A model generated the notes under the pieces. That model was not told the DNA's origin and made no database searches. It worked only from the letters and a program-made list of their open reading frames with translations. Source: Selaginella moellendorffii (Eukaryota; Plantae; Lycopodiophyta). Taken from it: a stretch of DNA of 64,000 nucleotides. The stretch covers positions 562,062 to 626,061 of the forward strand of contig NW_003314348.1 in the NCBI RefSeq assembly GCF_000143415.4, in the 5' to 3' direction. Positions 58,905 through 64,000 of the stretch are shown one piece after another. Position numbers and translations under genes: made by a program. How positions within the stretch are numbered: the first letter of the stretch is position 1; every line of letters begins with the position of its first letter.

Positions 58905-59625
58905 TGTAGTGCATGTAGTTTTCATCCTTTATCCTATGATGATATACCATAGGATAACCATGAAGTGGAATCTAAAACCTTCTTGTGCCATATGTTATAT
59001 GTCATATGTGTCCCTAGGAACAACGGAGTAAAACTTAAATTTCTAAACACTAAACAAAAGAACGGAGCCAAATTCCTAGGCGTGGAGCCAAGGAGTGACG
59101 GCACTAGAGCACAGAACGACTCCTAAGCATATATCCCAAAGAGTGAAGGGATAGAACCATGAAGTAACTTGAAATAGTCTTAGAGTATTTAACATATTAA
59201 TATCAGGACCATTACACAAAACAGAGCTAAATAGAGTTTAGCACTATTTTTGTAGCACATGTGGTTTTCACCCTTTATCCTATGGTGATTTACTATAGGA
59301 TAACACCACAAAGCGGAACCTAAACTCTCTTTGTACCACGTGATAGATGCCATGTATCACATGCCACGTGTCTAAAGGAACGTGGTGTGGAACCCAAGGT
59401 TTAGGGCCTTGGGCCACTAAACGAAGTAAAGGTGCCAAACTCCCAAGCATGGAGCCAAAGAGTGATGGAACAGGACCACATAGCAACTCTTGAGCATACA
59501 GCCTAAAGAGTGAAGGGATAGGAGCCCGGAGTGACTTAGAACAGTCCTGGAGCAACCAACATCCCAATGCCAAGACCAACACGTAAAACGGAGCCAAACA
59601 GAGTCTGGTGTTATTTCGGCATACC
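58905..59625. repeat. Two diverged tandem ~350-375 bp LTR-like units, each starting TGTAG
   Basis: 58905-59250 and 59251-59625 share cctttatcctatg.tgat, ataggataac, ggagccaa, aaagagtgaagggata and aaaac.gagc.aaa.agagt. Confidence 0.7.
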
Positions 59626-62600
59626 GGTGGCCTAACGTGAGGACATGGGTACTCCACCAGCTAGCATAGAATGGAACTTGGGCTTAGACCTAAGCCGGAC
59701 ACAGAACAAGGACAAGCATGCAAGCAAGAGCTAGACTATGTCTTAGATTGGTCAGCCATGCTCGACCTACCCACTATCCCTACTATACATTTGAAACCCC
59801 ATATCCCCCCCTCCCCCCCCCCCCCTTGAGGAACACACGCTTTGGGCTTTCACCCCAAGCCTCCCTTAGTAACAAGAGTTAGTCTCTGGGACAAACTCGA
59901 AATATACTAAATATGGAATGTCTTTAGATTGTGAATTTGGACATGGGACGAACACCATTGTGTTCAAGCCAATCTCTACATTCCGTAGATATGCCAAATG
60001 AACAAATCTAAACACTTTCCATAATTAGCATTTGGGACTGAAATGAGACTAACACTAAAGGCATGATAGCAAGGGTGTTTGGCATACACGGTAAGCTATC
60101 ATCCAGCGATATTGAAGGACTAATCTCAATACATTAGGGTTCTTGTCAAGCCAGTGCAAGATAGACCAAAAGAGAACTAAGAGCCAAGCCGACTATGCTC
60201 AGCTAGAAACACATAGGAGTTCCTACCTTATGTCCATCTGGCTAAGTACAGGTGTTAAGCCCAATAAACTAATATAAATAGTCATCCGATAAATTAGTAT
60301 TACAGTATTGGAACCACCAAGATCACGATAGTTGGAAAACATAGGATTCACCATCTAACAAAATTCAATAGCAAGTATATCATCAAGAAAACTCAATGAT
60401 GAAACTTAACTACCAAAGATGGTAGACAGTCTGCTAAACAACTTACGAAAGATAACTTAAAGCTTGAAGAAGCCTATATCTAAGTTTTTGTCTATAATGA
60501 TCACAAGTCTTGCATGAACTAACTTCAATGTTAAAGAAGAAATCATAGTATAACCCACAATATCTTTCTTAACACATTCATAAGTTAAACTTCATAATGC
60601 CAAAGTTAATGAAGAGCATGTCTGCATCAATCCAAAAGCTAAGTATAACGAAGCTATGCTCAACAAATGATCACTAAACGATCCTCCATGAATCCATCTA
60701 TAAAAAACGTAACTCACTTCATAACAAGCACAAGAAGAATCATCAATGATCAACATATTCCAATTCAAATCCAAGAAGGACTCAAATATTCTAATATCAA
60801 TCACTAACTCTTCCTCTCGTAAAGTTAGTATAGTTCACGATTAAATCACTTTTCAAGGAAAAGCTAAAGCTCCATCTCAACTAAGAAATTTCGTCGAGAA
60901 CGCAACTAACTCAGCTTGCCACTCAGTTCATTTGAACGTCAACATAGTTGCTAACTAGCAAATGCACGAATGCTAATAACACAAAGTTACAACTAAATTA
61001 TCAACACTATTGCTATCGAGACTAATGAAACTCAATATCAATCTTTTAGAGAGATATCTCATTTCACTCAAATCTCAACATCAATATTGTCAACGACAAG
61101 GCATCACTTCAATGCCATCAACACCAAAACAAAGTTAAAAGAAAGCTCGAGTGAATCACCACTCAAAGCGCTTTAGCAACCTAGCTAACCAAGGTCGAAG
61201 ATACCTTAATTAGTATCTGAGACCAACCCTTCAGCCAAACTCAGTTACAAATAACACTTCATCAAGGAGTGATTCACCACGTCTAAAACTTAATGAAATC
61301 CAACACTAAAGACTAGATGTAACCAAATGATATCAATAGAGGTAGAGTCGATATGTTAACATGAAAAACTCATGTAAGTCTAATGACACGATCCTCCGCA
61401 ACACCATCCGATAAAGCAAGCCCATCACTGCTAAATCATCATCGAGCAAAGCAAGTGTCAAACAGTCCTCGACGAAGTCTACAAGCAATCATTAGTTGTA
61501 AAGCAATTAACAATCACTCCTCAACTTGCCTTCACAGGTCCCAACACTAAACTCATATCATCAAGTTATATATACTTGTCCAGTATGAACGTGATACCCC
61601 AGGTATGAGATAAAAGTTTATAGACAAGCACAAACTAAATGACCACTCGAATCCAACTCAACCGCAATAAGCTCACTAATGCATTTAGCTAATAGCTCTG
61701 AGCATGCCTTGAAGAGGCTAGTTATACGTAATCAACACTTAGTCGAAACTAAAGTGAAGACCACGAGATGGACTCATATCGGTACACAACCTCCTCATAA
61801 ATAAAGCTATAATATGGGTACCAACATCTTAACTCAAACAACTAAGTTGGACATCACCATCCTTAGCCAAGGCACAGGGTCACCAAGACTAAGTCAAAAT
61901 CAATGAGAGCTCATTACTCTCATAGAGCCTAATGAAATGCAAGATGCAACCTGCCACCAAGCACAACGCTACAAAAGAAAGGCACAAAGGTCACCTTTCT
62001 TAGAAAAGCGCAACGGCCACTTTCCTATGCCAACTCCAGACTCTATCCAACTTAATTGCTTTAGCCCCAAAAGTTAGCATCCTTTTCGGGCTGCATCATA
62101 CAAACTATCTACTAAGGTCTAAGCCAATCGAAGTCAACTCCAACCCTTTCACTAATTTGTATTAACTTACGAAAACGGAATGGTTTTTGGGCAAAGTGAT
62201 CAACAGATCAACCATTGGAAAAGTCTATGAAAATTTGTGGAAAGTTTTCCATCATAGAGAAAGAATGACTCTCAGTCCAGGATTGCAAACTTTTAAGACT
62301 CAACCAACTTCCTCCTATTAACAACTTCACATAGGTTCACCTCAACAGAAATTCTCATGACCCATAGTATACTTAAGCTTTGAACATCTTTGCCCATACT
62401 TTGACATCCAACACCGACATCCGCAAATGCAAAGTGAACATTCAAGGCTTGATCATGAAAATCACATCTCCAGATATCTAAATTACACTAACACTCTTCT
62501 TCAACCACCTTCAAGATCCAATGTGAAGCTTAATACACTAACAAGAAAAATGACATGGAAAATCAAGGTCTAAAGAAAATTCTTCATTATTCGAAATAAT

Positions 62601-64000
62601 AATGCCACTTCCACTAACACAAGTGCTAGTGATATTAATGCCTTCACTACACACCTTCTCCATCTAACAATTTACTCCAAGTGTTAACGGATCAACTGAT
62701 GAGATATAGCAACTGAATGCTACAACCCTTTTCCAACACCACATAGGCAAACTCTCAAGGAAACAAGGTACCAACTAGAGCTTAGCATAATGGACCACCA
62801 TCAAGAATCCAATCAAAGCTACTACAATGCTACTATATGTAAGTAGATTAGCTTCACTATCAACCACTTTGGGGTTGATCATTGTCTAACCAAGCAACTT
62901 CGTAAACACATTACTCATTATCACATGGATATGATATAAGTATCACAATGAATTGATCATCAATTGAGCAACACCACGAGCAATACCCATGTTATTACTT
63001 CAAAGGTTTATATGAATATCAAGTGCTAACTCAATTCGACAAAATGTTACATAAATGCCACACCCTATCAATAGAGATTTACAACACTTAACGCCACTAA
63101 CTTTTGTTCACAACATGGACAAGCTCATGCCACTCTCTTTCCAACCAAACTCAAAACTAATCTAACACCAAGCTATTCAAGGAGTAATAGCAAGGTTCCC
63201 TTGAAAAAGAATTGAGCATTGTAATCCAAGTCTTCTAATAGCAAGCCTAGACAAAATGGTATAGCGCTTCACTGCTATCCATCTCACGACTCACCATTTG
63301 CAAGACTATCATTTCCAACATGCATCAAGGTAGGGACTCTTGATTACATAATGTGAACACGAGCAATGAGTCATACTTCGTTGCAAATCATCTCTCCAAG
63401 AAGAGAAAATGATTTATGTGTTTGATCCTTCATCCCTGACGACTCTCTTTTCGGTCTCATCTTTGACTAAACCTCAAGCTTGCATTTGCATTACCTTCAA
63501 TTTAATCCAAGAAAAGTTTATGAGAGAGCACAACAATGACTACCTGAATCAATAAACTAATCCCTACAGTCTTGATTGATCCACTTATAATCATGCCTAA
63601 GAAGGATCTACTAGTGCCATGCTAAACAGTTACAGGCTAGCCTATTTGCCACTTATAACAAACCTAGGGAAAGTTTACTTAAACCCACGGTACATGGAAC
63701 AACTCACGGAACCACTGATAGGCTAACATTAATCCTACCAACTCAAAGCATAACCTCGAGTTGTTAATGTGCCTCACTCACGAGCCCAAGCGTAAACTCA
63801 TGTTGCTGGAACAACTCAATCCTTCTTATGAGCCCAAGAGCAAGCTCACACAATGCGGTACAAAAAAGTAAACAAATCCATACCCAAGGAACAATTGCGA
63901 AGTCTTTGCACCTAAATGTGTACCCACTCGGATCATCGTTTTCATCTCTGCGTATGTAACGAGACTAGTTGCCCAATCTCATTGGATAGTACTCACCGAG
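59626..64000. mobile_element. Degenerate TE-like sequence, class unresolved
   Basis: No long ORFs, strong A/C strand bias, contains a homolog of 1-290 and follows LTR-like units. Confidence 0.45.

Noticed and set aside
59806-59825. Poly-C tract as a minus-strand polypurine tract
   Set aside because: No clean adjacent LTR terminus could be fixed.
1-64000. CRISPR arrays, tRNA, rRNA, snRNA or conserved miRNA families
   Set aside because: No regularly spaced repeats, T-loop consensus, rRNA sequence or recalled conserved mature miRNA was seen by eye; a covariance-model scan would be needed to exclude them.

Overview
Eukaryotic land-plant nuclear DNA. The very short (about 45-70 bp) introns, tiny intergenic gaps and a PPR-E gene built from short ~31-aa repeats suggest a compact lycophyte genome such as Selaginella; this is inference, not verified. 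A dense gene island (about 9.3-53.9 kb) holds, in order: CC-type glutaredoxin (ROXY), VPS11, an OZ/VAR3-type RanBP2 zinc-finger gene, a MIKCc MADS-box gene, a decayed triplicated region, a frameshifted PLS-PPR-E gene, a calmodulin-like gene, a two-helix LHC/PsbS-like gene, three DUF4408/DUF761-like genes, SVR1-type pseudouridine synthase, myo-inositol kinase (pfkB), TMEM45/DUF716, a GDSL lipase, WDR89/GTS1, a BTL-type RING-H2 E3 ligase, XEG113, an alpha-carbonic anhydrase, an unidentified gene, an SMR-like CDK inhibitor, and a decayed gene carrying a perfect 36-bp hairpin. AT-rich transposon debris flanks both sides (Ty3/gypsy pol, a nested solo LTR, Helitron Rep, LTR-like repeats). Three homologous segments occur on both flanks, all inverted and in mirror order. 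No clearly new system is proven. The best leads are the mirror-symmetric flanks, the perfect hairpin, the DUF4408/DUF761-like cluster and the half-PsbS-like protein. All family assignments come from recalled motifs, not database searches.
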